Source of the DNA: Octopus sinensis
Lineage: Eukaryota
Assembly (NCBI RefSeq): GCF_006345805.1
Contig: NC_043002.1
Location: forward strand, 15,252,001-15,316,000
DNA: 64,000 nucleotides
Reading direction: 5' to 3'
The notes under the pieces are model-generated. The model ran no database searches. It saw only the letters and a program-made list of their open reading frames with translations, and was not told where the DNA came from. Positions 1 to 13,613 of the stretch are shown piece by piece. Positions within the stretch are counted from its first letter, which is position 1. Every line of letters begins with the position of its first letter. The translations under genes and the position numbers were made by a program.

Positions 1-492
1 AAGTCTGCTGACAGTTTAAGGAATATTTTGTTTTTACTTGGTTTCAATTTGATAAACTCGGAAATATGTGCCCTGGAACTATCCTTACTTGACCCACGCA
101 GAAATACAATTGATTTCCTGTTGGTGGAATTCTTTTAATGATGAAAAGAAACGTTTATTGCGCTAGTCCATCTGAGAATAAATATTCATAGAAGAAAGAT
201 GAAAGAATGAAAATATTATTGTCTCAATTTTTGTGGAAAATATCAGTTGAAATCCAATGCTGTGTATCTCCGCTCAGAATAGGAATTTTCCAAAAACCCA
301 GCTCCTATCTACAATGATGTGAATGCATACCAACCACTGCATATATGAAGCAACTTATTTAGTTTAATTTTGCATTTCTCATCTGTTATCCATTTAGCTA
401 CAAAGTGTGCAAACTAAATTTGCACGGCTATATATGTGTACATGTGAGCATATACGTACGTATTACTATCATTAATATTACAGCTGTCGCTA

Positions 493-700
493 AGGCGGCG
501 AGCTGATTTGATCGTTTGTACGCCGGGAAAAGTGCTTGACGGCATTTCGTCTTTACGCTTGCACTTCCAATTCCGTCGAGGTCGGATTTGCCTTTTACAT
601 ATTCGGGTCGATAAAATAACTACCTGCTGAACACTGGGATCGGGGTAAACCATTTTGTACCTTCCTTGAAACTGTTGTCTTTGTGTCAAAATTCGAAACA
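493..700 (+). mobile_element. tRNA-derived SINE family B, diverged copy
   Basis: AAGGCGGCGAGCTG head, then GAGGTCGGATTTGCCTTT..GGGTCGATAAAATAA..TACC body; matches the better-preserved copies at 15125-15539, 34095-34331 and 63822-64000 in reverse complement. Confidence 0.75.
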
Positions 701-934
701 AATATTATGACTGTTATTATTCTACTTATTAATTGTAACGTTAATATTATTATTTTTATCATTGTTGCCGCTGTTCTCCCTTTTACCAACAATAAATTCT
801 GTACTGCCGTCTATAATTTTGTATTGTTAGTATATCTAAACATTATGCTTTTTGATAATAAATCTTACCTTTCTTAAGCTAATCACCATTCTAGTAGATT
901 TATAGCATTCATACATATACACATCTTTCCTTTT

Positions 935-3900
935 AAATAGATGAGTGATGGATAGAGCTTCTTTGTTTACTCAAGCCAAAGAGAAGACAGTCTATTTTGG
1001 AGAAAGTAACTCTGAATATAAAAAAATTCACTGTTGTGAAGGCCACTCTGATATAAAACCTGCGATTGCAAATGCACCCAATGATTTCGACTTGCTCTTC
1101 TATTCGGATCATGCTTTGTAGTTTAGAGAGTGGGAATGGTTCCTCTGCAGAACGTTTCTTCACTTTAAGAAGTGTCAAGCACAGGTATTGCTGGAGAGGA
1201 AAAGAAATTGACATCTTGTATGTACATGGCTGGCCGAAGCTTAAAAAAGGCACGTCTAAACAATGAAAGTTCATATTGATAATGAAGTAAATGGCAAAAA
1301 TGGCTCTCGAACATTTTTTTCTGTGGTCTGGCCCAGCAGGTGTCCCAGGGCACCACAGCCTGGATCCGGCCGTTATCGTGCAACAGTGAGTAAATTTAAG
1401 TTAAGATGCAAGCCTATGAATATAGGATGTTGGAATGTTCGAACGTTATTAGACAATGATTTTCTGAAATCTCTTCCAGAGAGAAGATCCGCGCTTAATG
1501 CAAAACAGTTACAGCGATATGAGAGGGATGTTGTAGCGTTAGCCGAATCAGGAATTCATGGAAAGCGGAATTTCATAAAGAAATATGCTGGACATCATTT
1601 CTTTTGGAGCGGTAGAGAGGAGACTTATAAGAGAGAATCAGGAGTGGGATTTGCTATAAAAATCACTCACGCTTCAAAACTTGAGGAGCTACCATGTGGT
1701 CATTCGGATCGTTTAATGACTTTAAGGTTGCCATTATGCGACATTCTAAGTGCATATGTCCCAACTATGAATTCATCAGTGGATGATAAACTTGCCTTCA
1801 ATATATCATTTGCAGATATTATATGCAATATCCCCCATGATGACAATGTTGTCGTTTTGGGTGATTGTAATGCTCGCGTTGGTGCTGATTGGGAGACTCG
1901 GGGTGTCCTAGGAAAGCATGGGGTTAGGAGTTTCAACAGTGTTTGTTTGCTATTGTTACAGATGTGCGTAGATATGAATTTGTGTATCCCGAATACAATG
2001 TTTCGACTAAAGAATAAGTATAAAATGACATGAATGCACCCTGGTTCTCAGAAATGACATCTTATATATTGCATCATCCTCACCAGGAAACGAGATACTA
2101 GGGACTTTGCTATTGTACGAGTGATGCGGGATGCAGAGTGCTGTACTGACCATAAGCTTTTGCATTCAGAGGTCAATTTTGTTGTCAAGCCTAAAGTTAG
2201 AGCAAATGTCAAATTACCTAAACTGATTGATGTGAATAAACCTAAGATTTCGTCATTACGCAGTGAGTTTTTAAGTGAGATACATGATTTGTCCTGTGAT
2301 GGAAGCTGGAAGTCATTCAAAGAAAGATTGTACGAGATTTGTAGTAACATTATTGGCTTTGTTGTAAAAAAACATCTAGATTGGTTTGACGATAATGATG
2401 AAGAAAATAATCTTATCTTAGAAGAGAGGCGGAAGGCATTTAACATGTTGCAAAATGCTGACACACCAACGAACAGGACAGTGGCTACATATTTCAAGGC
2501 TGTAAAAGCAACAGTGCGGAGGAAGCTACGGATGATGCAGGAAAATTGCTTCAAATGCTAACAATTCCAAACTTTTTACTCTCTCTTGAAAAAAATTTAT
2601 GGACCAGTTTCATCAAAGGTTACGTCACTTCGGAGCAAGGATGGAACAGAATTATTAACAAATCCTAAAGATATTTTAGAGAGATGGACAGAACATTTTG
2701 ATGAATTGCTCAATAAACACACTGACGTTGATCTAACTTTTCTTAATAATATACCCGAGAGACCAATAAAACATCTTATAACAACCTCCAAGCCTGGACG
2801 AAATAAAAGCAGCAATCAGGAAATTGAACAATGGAAAGACCCCTCGTATGGATGGACTAGGTGCAAAGATATATAAATATGGTGGTCATCATCTTCGTGC
2901 AATGTTGACGGATGTGATTCAGTAAGTTTGGCAAAGTGAAGAGGCACATCCGGATTGGCGTGATGCAACTACAGAGATACAATATAAATCTAAAGGTGGA
3001 AAGGATGTCTGTCATAATTATCGCGGCATCAGTCTGTTAGCTGTTGCTAAAAATGTTCTCTGTAAGGTAATACTGGATTGATTCCTTCTGCACATTGCTG
3101 ATAATGTTCTACCAGAATGGCAATATGGGTTTAGTGATAGTAGTAGTACTATGGATATATATCTGCTAGACAGTTGCAAGACAAGTGCACCGAACAGGAT
3201 ATGGACTTATACCAGGTATTCATTGACCTAAGAAAAGCGTTTGATTCTATCAATAGAATTGCTCTTTGGGAGATCCTAAAGAAGCTAGGATGCCCTGTAA
3301 AATTTGTGAGAATTTCATGACAAGATGGAAGTGAGAGTGAATGCTGGAGGTAAATTATCAGATCCAATTTCTGTAGAAAATTGTGTAAAGCATTCCTGCT
3401 CTTACACTCTTTCCTATATATATTTCGCAAGAGACTTTCAAATAGTTTTTAAAGATTGCCCTGAAGGGGTCTATATAAGATAAAGGACAACAAGAAAACT
3501 GTTCAATCTCAAAAGACTCTGTGCCAAAACCAAAGTTCTGCATTTTCACCTTGTTGAGTTTCTGTAGGCAGATGATTTTGACCTGTTGGCACATTCTCAG
3601 AAAGATATACAGCACATGGTGAATGCAATGTCTGCAGCATGTGAACATTGGGTCTAACACTCAATCTCAAATAATCTGTTATAAATCTGCCAGCCCTCTC
3701 CCTCCAAGATGTATGTGAAAACTTTTATGACTATGAATGGTCAAAGGTTAGATTTATTTATTTAGGAAGTACCCTGATCACTGCCGGTCTTGATGATGAA
3801 ATTTCATACAGAATCAGCAGGGCTGGTAGTGCTTTTGGTAGGCTTGATTGGCGACTGTGGATTCAACATAATTTATATTCACAAATTAAAGTTAAGGTAT

Positions 3901-4738
3901 ATAACACATGTGTCCTCCCATCTGTGCTTTATGGGAGTGAGGCATGGGTTGTTTACCGTAGGCAGGTAAAGATTTCATCAATACTGTCCGAGAAAAATTC
4001 TGGGGATAAACTGGAAATGGCCATTAGTAATGTGGAGGTGCTATAGAGTCAATGATTTTGCAAAGACGTCTGAGGTGGGGGAGACATTTGGTAAGGATGA
4101 TTGATGAGCGACTGCCCAAGCAGCTATTGTATGGTGAGCTGGAAGATAGCAGAAGACCAGCGCATAAGCCTAAACTACTGTTTAAGGATTGCTTTAAAAT
4201 GCTCTAATACAAATACGAATTGCAGCTGGTAATTGGGAGGGGGCCACAAGACAGTGATGAATGTAGGAAGATAGTGCATGATGGTTGTTCAAAATTTGTG
4301 AGAGAGAGAGTGATGTATGAGACAATTCGGAGTGGGCTTACAAGGAGGGAGCCTGCGGAGTGTGAGCGACTGTTGCTTTTTATGTGTGTGGTTTGTGGGC
4401 GGAGGCGTTTTCGTGGTGCAGGCTTGGTGAGCCATCAAAATTCTCATAGTATTCACCCCATGATAAGCAATGATGTGGCTATTAAAATTCTGCTAGCAGA
4501 ACGTGTATAAAATATGGAATTGTGTGCCTCTGAGTTGGAGATCTAAAAAGACAAGATAAGAGAGTGCATATGTTGGCACCTGTTTCACCTTCCAGGTAGC
4601 TTCATTGTCTGCTATGTAATAAAATTTGTAAAAGCTTGGCCGGACTTAAAAGTCATAAAATGGCATCACATGGCAACAATCATGAATCAGTTCAGTAACT
4701 TTTTTGCCAATGGATTCTATCGTGCAACGAGGCTGCAA

Positions 4739-4743
<5 letters not shown>
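935..4743 (+). mobile_element. Near-full-length, inactivated RTE-clade (BovB-like) LINE: APE endonuclease + RT + three C-terminal C2H2 fingers
   Basis: APE motifs MNIGCWNVRTLLD and VVLGDCNARVG (ORF 1263-2033); RT motifs NYRGISLL (~3016), VFIDLRKAFDS (~3215) and L*ADD (~3562, YADD broken by TAG); C-terminal LLYGELE..RPAHKPKL; fingers at 4385-4447, 4504-4569 and 4606-4671; 3' end abuts (TA)n at 4744. Many stops and frameshifts. The 5' boundary is uncertain. Confidence 0.93.
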
Positions 4744-4796
<53 letters not shown>

Positions 4797-4864
4797 TAAT
4801 CCAAACATGAAAACACAAAGAGAAAACACAGCAACACAAGGGCATGGAACACACACACACACAC

Positions 4865-4931
<67 letters not shown>
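4744..4931. repeat. (TA)n/(CA)n microsatellites
   Basis: Direct reading. Confidence 0.97.
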
Positions 4932-4937
<6 letters not shown>

Positions 4938-5139
4938 TACAAGATGTATTCATTTATATCTTGGAACGAAAACAAAAATTGTATGCAATGTCCACGCTAA
5001 ATAATATGGAAGAAAAAGTAACAACACTTTTGATCAATGAACGAAAGCATTCCACACTTCAACGTATAATTATAATAGTTTCTAATATTGAGCCATTTTG
5101 GGTTCTTTATTAAAAAACATGTAGGAATGAGGGGGGGTC

Positions 5140-5303
5140 CTCGTCGATTATATCGAACTAAGCTGGGATTAATTTAATCTAAACCGAAAGGTTGAGTGGT
5201 ATATTCAACCTCGGCAGAAGTTGAAGTCAGAGCGAATATACTGATAAAATGCTACGTAGTATTTTCTCCAGTTTATTAACGATTCTGCCACCTCTCCGCC
5301 TTA
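5140..5303 (-). mobile_element. SINE family B, old diverged copy
   Basis: GTCGATTATATCGA..CCGAAAGG..AACCTCGGCAGAA..TTCTGCCACCTCTCCGCCTT aligns to the family B reverse complement. Confidence 0.65.
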
Positions 5304-7389
5304 ACACGACATAGAATATATAAGAATCTTTAGCTATAGAAGGGGAATAACAGCAGAAGTAGAAACAACAAAATAAACAAGGATATGGGGATGCAAAATA
5401 GATAAGACAACATCCTGATAAATTCTATCGCTAGGACTACTACCACTACAACCACCACCAACAACAACAATATGACCGCTAATGAAAATTATTATACAAT
5501 GCGTAGATGCTTCCTTATAACAATTAACTTTGCTAGTGTGATATTTAGATTCCTCTAAAGACTGAATAACCATAAGTAACGCAGACGGAAATGAGGGAAA
5601 GAGGAAACTGATTATCTAAATTAGAGTAAGTAGATGTATAGCTTCTAGTTTTGTGGTAGATGACCTACAGTGATAATGGGAAATAAAAAAGTGTAGTATA
5701 CTTAAAATATAAAATGACAACTATGCAAAAAAGAACTGATTGGATCGCATGAACTTATAGTAATGAAAGAATGAAAAGAAAAATGTATCAGCCCAGAAAA
5801 AAATCTTATGAAGAGTGAAATAAAGGAACACATCGGAAAAAATACTAGAAATGATTAAATCAGTCGCTGAACCAAAATTAAGTTGGAGGAACATAATATT
5901 ATCGGAAAAGGTACTCGAGAAAGAGGAACTAACATGGGAGCTGTAATAAATGCAGAAATTACTCAGAATATCGAGAAAATTGATGAGAAAGCTTTGGGCA
6001 TTCTACTAGAAAATTGACAATCCCATGATTTCTCTGCTAGTGGCAAATGGAGCAAAAGGTGTGATAAAATGAAAAGGAATACATATAAAAGCGAAGAGAG
6101 GGATCTCAAATGAGGTGAGGCTAATAGTTCAGATGTAAACGTCAACAGTGTGATAGAGACTGCAAAATGCATTGATAAATATGAACATAACTAGATGAAA
6201 ACATGAAACCTAAACATGATGAAAAGAGTAAGTACTTTTCATAAGAGATCTTCATAGATACGAGCAACGGTGTGGATAAGCACATGACATAATAAGAAAG
6301 GAAAAGTCAGAACAATGCATTAATCTGTACTGCAAGTTTAGAATCTCTTAAAAGAAAATTTTGTGAAATCTTGGGTTCATAAGAACGTTGAACCCTTTCT
6401 AGTTTTATTTTTATGAAGAAAATGAGAATGCGTTAGACACACAGCGAGCGATTGCTGTAAATTGTAGAATGAAAGTAGAAGGTATGCAAAATTTTATAGT
6501 AGGCATTAGCTAAATAATTGCAGCAGAGGCGATAGATTGTACTATCTTAAAAGTAATACAGTGATGGAAATCGAGAATATTATATTGTTGGGAGATTTCT
6601 ATAATATACTTATCGAAAAAAGAAAACCAGCTATTAGTAACGTTAAAGGGGTCAATACTTTATCATATAGCATCTGCGATTGAAAGCAAATTGTGTGATA
6701 CAGGAGGATGAGGAGTTTAAAAAACACAATTTGTGAAAAGTGACTATATAAAGATAGGACATGACAAATACTGAAACTTTGTTGCTGAAATTGTTGTTTT
6801 CATACTTCCAAGTAGGAAATAAAAAACATAGAAGTGGGGAAATGAAGTCTGAAAGTCAAACAAAGCCATTCCAAATACTAGTATTTGGAAACAAACCAGG
6901 AGCATGTAGATTGTGTTGAAAGATTGGAAATAAAACTGAATAAAAGATTTTTTGATATTGGTTATGGCTTAGTCATACAATAGTTTAATGATGATAGCAA
7001 TTCCAACAAAAGCAAACAGGAGCAAGAATAATATTGATACTAACAATAGTAATGATTCCACATTGTGTCACTTGAACAGTAATTTTTGCAGGAGACAGTA
7101 AAATGATTACATAGATACAAATACTGGAGGGTATTTGTCATATTGATCCCCAAAGGATGAACGCCCAAGTGAGCTCGGCGTCATTTTAACTCAGGAAGTA
7201 AAACACCAGCAAAACGCCACGAAATATTTTTTGGAAACATTAATGGATTTGCAAGCTCACTGGATATCCACTAAAACCCATGCAAACAAAAGTATCCCCA
7301 CCCACTCAAACCCTATGGATAAATAATATTCAGAAAATAAAAGTAAGGATCTGTCAATATTTTATAAAACTTGTAGATAATTAACAATA

Positions 7390-8352
7390 CTAAGCAACAA
7401 GAGAATAAAAAAGATACTACGTAAATACAAAATTATCGATCAAGGTATGCCCGAGGTAAAATAACAGCTAAACAAGAAAACCTTGCCAAATCACAAAGAA
7501 TCCGTAGATATGAGAAACGCCGACGTTTCTTTGAACAAAGCAAACATTTCAACTCCAACACCAAAAGATTCTACCAAGAACTTGGCAAAATTGCGTAGAG
7601 GCGCAATGACCTAGTGGTTAGGGCATCGGACGCGTAGTCGGAGGATCGCGGTTTCGACTCCCAGACTGGGCGTTGTGTGTGTTTATTGAGCGAAACACCT
7701 ACAGCTCCACGAGGCTCCGGCAGGGGCTGGTTGCGACACCTGTTGTACTATTCCGCCCAACTTTCTCTCATTCGTTCTTCCTGTTTCTTGTCCCCGACTC
7801 CCTCTGCAACCGCTGAGATTGGATGCGCATTCATCCATCCGTCGAGGGTTGCCCTGCTTTCTCTTCTGCAGATCCTACGAATAGCAAAAGGACCACGTTC
7901 CGGACTTCTCCCATCTTGCGAGCTCGGGGACGAATACCGTTCGCTCAACTGCAACAGCACCAAAAGCAGAAGTGGAAGGATTTTGGAACGAAATATGGTC
8001 GGCGAAAGAACAACCTCAGAAAAGATCTATCAAAAAACACAAACACAGAACCTGAAAAGCTGTTCACACATATAACTGAAGAATCACCCAGACATTGCAA
8101 CACTAAGCAACTGGAAGGTACGCAGTCACGACACGATCCCTAACTTCTGGTTAAAATGTCTACCAGGAATACATAAAATACTGGCTGAGAAATTTAATGA
8201 CATACCAGCAGAGTCAGAGACAATGCCTGAAAGGCTCACGGAAGGGAAACCTATCGTAATTCTCAAATCTACTGAAGCGGCAAACCCACAAAATTACAGG
8301 CCGGTAACTTGTCTCCCCACAATTTACGAAGCCTTTACTCTAATAATATCGT
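7390..8352 (+). mobile_element. R4/Dong-clade LINE fragment (pre-RT region and start of RT), split by a SINE
   Basis: Translates ..KSQRIRRYEKRRRFFEQSKHFNSNTKRFYQELGK | APKAEVEGFWNEIW.. and NFWLKCL..NYRPVTCLPTIY, typical of R4/Dong ORFs. Confidence 0.8.
7608..7944 (+). mobile_element. tRNA-derived SINE family C, inserted in the Dong fragment
   Basis: GGCGCAATGACCTAGTGG (A-box-like) and GGTTTCGACTCCC (B-box-like); the head is shared with the copy at 44187. Confidence 0.8.
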
Positions 8353-8544
8353 AGACAATGAGAACTGTGGCCGAAATAAGATGAAGATTAATGTAAAAAA
8401 TAAATAACACTGAAGTAATGTAACACCAAATATATAGTGCATGTTTTTTATTGGCTAAACTGGCAAAATGACCATTCCAAAATATAACGTCTGTTTCAAC
8501 AAACGACTTCACATAAAAAATCTTGCACAACAAATATATAAACG

Positions 8545-8567
8545 TGATTATTATTATTATCATTATT

Positions 8568-8610
<43 letters not shown>

Positions 8611-8642
8611 TTATCATTATAATAATAATAATAATAATAATA

Positions 8643-8685
<43 letters not shown>

Positions 8686-8687
8686 TA
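8545..8687. repeat. (TTA)n/(AAT)n microsatellite with internal polarity switch
   Basis: Direct reading. Confidence 0.95.
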
Positions 8688-9244
8688 TTGAGTGAGCGAG
8701 CAGAGCATGCCATCAAAGTGACACTGGGGTAAAATATACGAAGCCCAGTATACCCATCATGACTACCCGTCGATAAGGGTACACCAGACCACATGCATCA
8801 CAACCATATGTGCGCGACATGGTGATCTCATATCAAGATAAACAGCACATGACCTTGCAGGTGGAGCCCAGTTAGAATTTTCTTCAGATCGAGTAACCCA
8901 TCCCGCTCAAAAGGTCCCTGAATAAGGGTTGTTTAAGGACGTTGAACGAAACACCCATGTTTCCAGAGGTGAATTATTCAAACCCCAAGAATCCCTCTCA
9001 ACACATGGCTATGATGCTCCCCCACTACTTCTGCTCGTGATCAGAGATGCACATATCGTCAGCCACTAAGGGACATGCTCAACTGGTTAAGGTCAAACAA
9101 CTGACAAGCAAATCTGTGGTATTGAGCAGAATATTTGCTGTAGCCCATCTTTTATACCAAGACAAAACAATGTACATGATACACTTCCAATCAGTTAAGA
9201 TCAAAAGCCATGAGAGCCACTGCCTGGTACTGCATCAGGGCATT
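8688..9244. mobile_element. Unclassified ~555-bp interspersed repeat bounded by (TTA)n on both sides
   Basis: GC-richer block between two TTA tracts; a diverged partial copy lies in reverse complement at ~50588-50755. No tRNA head, TIR or credible ORF. Confidence 0.7.
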
Positions 9245-9699
9245 TATTATTATTATTATTATCATTATTATTATTATCATTATTATTATTGTTTCAACAT
9301 TATTATTCATGATTATGTTATTATTATGCTCAACACCTTTATTATTGCTGTTCTTGCAGTTGCTATTGATGTTCGTGTTTTTCTTGTTATTTACTATCGT
9401 CATCAATAGCGTTTCAATTTATCAAGAAATATTGATTCCTCAATGTATTATAGAGAAGCTAAAATCATTTTACGTCGATTACACTATATTATTATACAAG
9501 AACTGTAATTATATTCATAAACATAATTGTATATTTCCAGAGTAGGCTGATTCATCATGTTTTAATTTCATACACAATTCCAATACAACAGAATAATTCC
9601 GTTTATCGTATATTGCTTATTTGCTTTATATAGATTCGATTCAGTAAAATACACATATATACATGCATATAAGCATACATAAATACAAATATAATCAAT

Positions 9700-9738
<39 letters not shown>

Positions 9739-10141
9739 CTTAAAAATATCCAGTTATTATCATGCACATTTTTATATTGTTACTGCTGCTTTCATTATTT
9801 CACGTATTATTTTTATTGCTGTAGATATTACTATTATTACTATTATTATTATTATCACTAGTTGTAGTAGTAGTAGTAGTAGTACCTAATTCCTTTTGTG
9901 GAATATAAATATATGTTTATAGAAATGTTAATAACCACGTAACGTAGTTCCTTTTTTTCTTATCAAAATATTGATATATAATTCAATACATCTAAATTAC
10001 ATTGAATGGAATATATATGTTGGCTTAGGTAATTCTGAACAATTCCAAACTCCTGATAATTAAAATGAATATGCATATATATATATACATATATATATAT
10101 ATATGAATTCATTTATATATAATATATACATATATATATAT

Positions 10142-10208
<67 letters not shown>

Positions 10209-13099
10209 TATATACATATATCTATAGATATACATATATATATGCATATATAAATTGATAGATATACGCGTATATATATAGTTTTTATATTCATATATAT
10301 ATTATATATATATATATATATGATTATCGCTCTACATACACGCCAATATATGTGTGCACGTATAAGTGCAGCGACATAAGGCGATATGTTTGTTTCGGGT
10401 TCAAAAGAGTTAAACGGTAGATATCTTGAGGCCTTGTATGAAACTATATTTATAAGACTTTCCGATAGATGGCTCACTGCCATTTCAAAATTATGAGATT
10501 TCAACTAAGAGGACATATCACACCTTGCAAGGCCACTTTCAACGATTCCTTTTTATCTGAATTTACATATCACCAAAACTTCAATTAGATATGGAAATGA
10601 GAGCGTACTTATCCGTAAATATATATTTCTTTTTCTTATATAAACAAACCACATGTTTACTCTATTTAATACAGTCACATTCTCCATTCTATTATTACTC
10701 AATTTATTTATAATACCTACTCACAACTAAAGGAAATGGTTCGAAATTTGTATTAAATTTTCAGTTAACTGATAATAACTGTAGAATGTGCTTTTATAAC
10801 TTCTATCAAAGAATGTTAAAATCCGATCTCTGAAATTAGAGTTCATGCAATCATAGGTAGAAGGAATGCGTTATTTCTAATTGAGTGTTCAACTGGACAG
10901 CTTACATTGATCTTGGAATTGCGATTAAATACCAAATAATTTAGGTTTGTTATGATAACAAGCACAGATAGGTGTTCTTTATGTTAAAATATTTTTATCA
11001 TTACCAAATATCAATACTTCTAACGGCAACCAAATGATTCTTACACTGAGGTAATTCAAAGTTTTTATGAACTGCTGTTGGATCACGTAGAAGCCGCCGT
11101 GCTTCTACAAGTCAGATATTTAGGATGTGTTGCAACCAACACACCCATCATCCTTTTCGCCGTGTCCATTGTTTTAGGGTTGTTACTCCGCTCGGTTCTC
11201 CTTTGCTACACTCTGCTATTTTGTGGTGAATATGCGCTGAATATATGGGGAAGTTCTTGGTCAGAAAAACGTGCACCAAATATATTACTGCTAGATCTGT
11301 TTCCACAAGAATTCTTGAATGGTTAGAAATTTTGACGTCTGCTGAAATATTTAAACGAATTGCTGTCGTGTTCTTTGTTTTTCCTTACAACGGATATTGT
11401 GATCTGGATTCGTTTTCTTAGATTTGCAATTCTTGTAAATATCCCTCCTGCAAGTTACGATTATAAAACTCTATATCTTATAAAAGATATAGAGTTGAAA
11501 ATTTAAGAGATAATATGAATGTAAATTTATATTATCGAATTTTTGAGCCAGCCTCAAACATGTGAACTGAAAATATCTGACTTCTTTCAGAGAAAGAACA
11601 CAAATACACTTATTATTTTTTCAAAGAAATTTTTATGCTTGGACGGTTTGCTATTATCATTGAATATTATTGGTACTTTTCAATTTCATTTTTGGGAAAA
11701 ATGTTATGCATCGTTGAGTATCGGGTAAAGCAAACAATTCTTAAACGTCTGCAATTGATCGTTTGCAATTGATCGTCTGCAATTGATCAAAGACTATTCG
11801 GTGCAGATGAATATGGAATTGATGTGCAGTAAGGAAAATCATGAAAACCGTACGTTTTATGTAACACAAGTAGAATATAGGTAGGAGATACCAAAATTTA
11901 AGGAAAAAGATGCTTTTGTGAGGTGATAATGTATGTCTTTCTATTTAGGTAACATAGTAAGTGAAAGGAATTCTAATACGCACATAATTTAAGTGTATGT
12001 TCGGAAGGAAACGTTAAATTTCTGATTTACAAATTCTGGCAGAATTTAAGTCTATAATGTATACCATACCTCTATTCCTAAATTTAAGATACAATTTTTA
12101 CTATTTCTAAATAACATGTATGTTTATAAAGAATGTCACAAGACGTTCGCGGCGATCTTTACAATTTTAAAACGGAAATGAGTAAATTGATATGGACGTC
12201 CGAATATCGCTAAAACTTATCTTCGCTTCCGCGAAAAGCTAGAGATTGATATTTTTTATATTGACGCCATAAAAATTTCAATTTATTGATTGTCATTCCT
12301 TAAATTGGTAAAAGCTGAAGTAGAAAACATTTTGGCTTAACTCAACATATAACAGGAAAACGATTACAAATTTAACAAATAATGAAGTAGACATTCCAAG
12401 TATAGTTATCATATGGATTCAACAACAGAAAAAGAGCATTTTGCTAAGATATATTTAACTTTAGACAGCTGCATTAATCTCATGATTGTAAATAATGAAT
12501 CGTTTCCAAATTCTACTAAATTAAAATATATAACTGCCACAAATCATCCATTTAAACGAAGCTGCCACATCAAGGGATGTTATTTCGTTCAAGTGAAACG
12601 CTCAGTGATGTTATGAAACGGAATTATACGCAGCACACGAAAAAAACACAATTTGTACCTCGTGTACCAAAGACATTGCTTGAAAACATCATATTAATTA
12701 ATTAAGACAGTGACACTGAAAACGTGCCTATGATCTCAAGCATCGGAGACACGTTTATCAAGCGAGGATGATAAAATAGCAACATAACTTGTAATAAGAA
12801 ATCGGAAATGTTGTGCCTATTTAAGCCTGAAATATATTAGCTGCTGGTCTTACGTGATACAAAAAGGTAATAATACCCCATAGGAGTGAAAAATGCAGTT
12901 TTCCCACAAGAAATGACCAGTATAAGACACACTGAATTTCATTCTCATTACGAATGTAGACAAAGGAAATACATTTAACCGATATTTCTCTTTTCCCATA
13001 GCAATGTTCTGAAAACAACTGTGCTACTTGAACAATCGTACTTTCCCGAAATACTATCGGTAGTGACGGAGTTAAGAATAATATTCTTCTGAAAACATA

Positions 13100-13613
13100 T
13101 CTATATATATAAAACTGTAGTTGTGTGAGTGTCTGTCCCCTTCGATTTAGATTCCTAACTACTCCCACATTTTGCAGTGCAGTTTAACCAAATTCGGGTA
13201 TCTTATAGTCGTGATTCATATCGAGCCCGTCTGAGTATTAGCGCGCGTCTACGAAGAGTCTACGATTTTAAAAATAATTTAACATCATTTTTTATTCCAT
13301 TTTAATGCATAATTTTTCGTGTGTCGATGGCGGCGGAGTTGGCGTCCATGGTCACACCTGCACCTGTTTGCTTCTCCCCCTTCTTCCCTCCCTCGTGAAG
13401 CTGTGGGGAAGGGAGTGTATGGAAATCAACGTCGTAAAGCGTTGTCAAGGAGACCAGCGTTCTTTTAGAACAACGACTTCATGGCTTGAAGACACCAAAA
13501 CAGAAATGGCTAAGAAAGCCCGAATTGGCATCTATAAGGGAAGTAACTCTCTAAAAATGCTTATATAGTTTTTTCCCTTACAAAACCCGAGCAACGCCGG
13601 GCGATACTGCTAG
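13100..13613 (+). mobile_element. Non-autonomous Helitron (~514 bp)
   Basis: 5' TC(TATATATATAAAA) preceded by A; 3' GC-rich hairpin CCCGAGCAACGCCGGG followed by CTAG and then T; A|T insertion with no TSD. Confidence 0.85.

Noticed and set aside
89-171. Minus-strand 83-nt segment between TTCTCAG and GTAAGG
   Set aside because: Stops in all three frames and only moderate splice signals; not supportable as an exon without RNA data.
5600-6900. Possible decayed APE-type LINE (IILLGDF near 6585-6600)
   Set aside because: One short motif only; no other endonuclease or RT motifs could be aligned.
7608-7690. tRNA-like segments here and at 26499, 38436 and 44187
   Set aside because: The cloverleafs are imperfect and continue into SINE bodies or tails, so they are not called tRNA genes.
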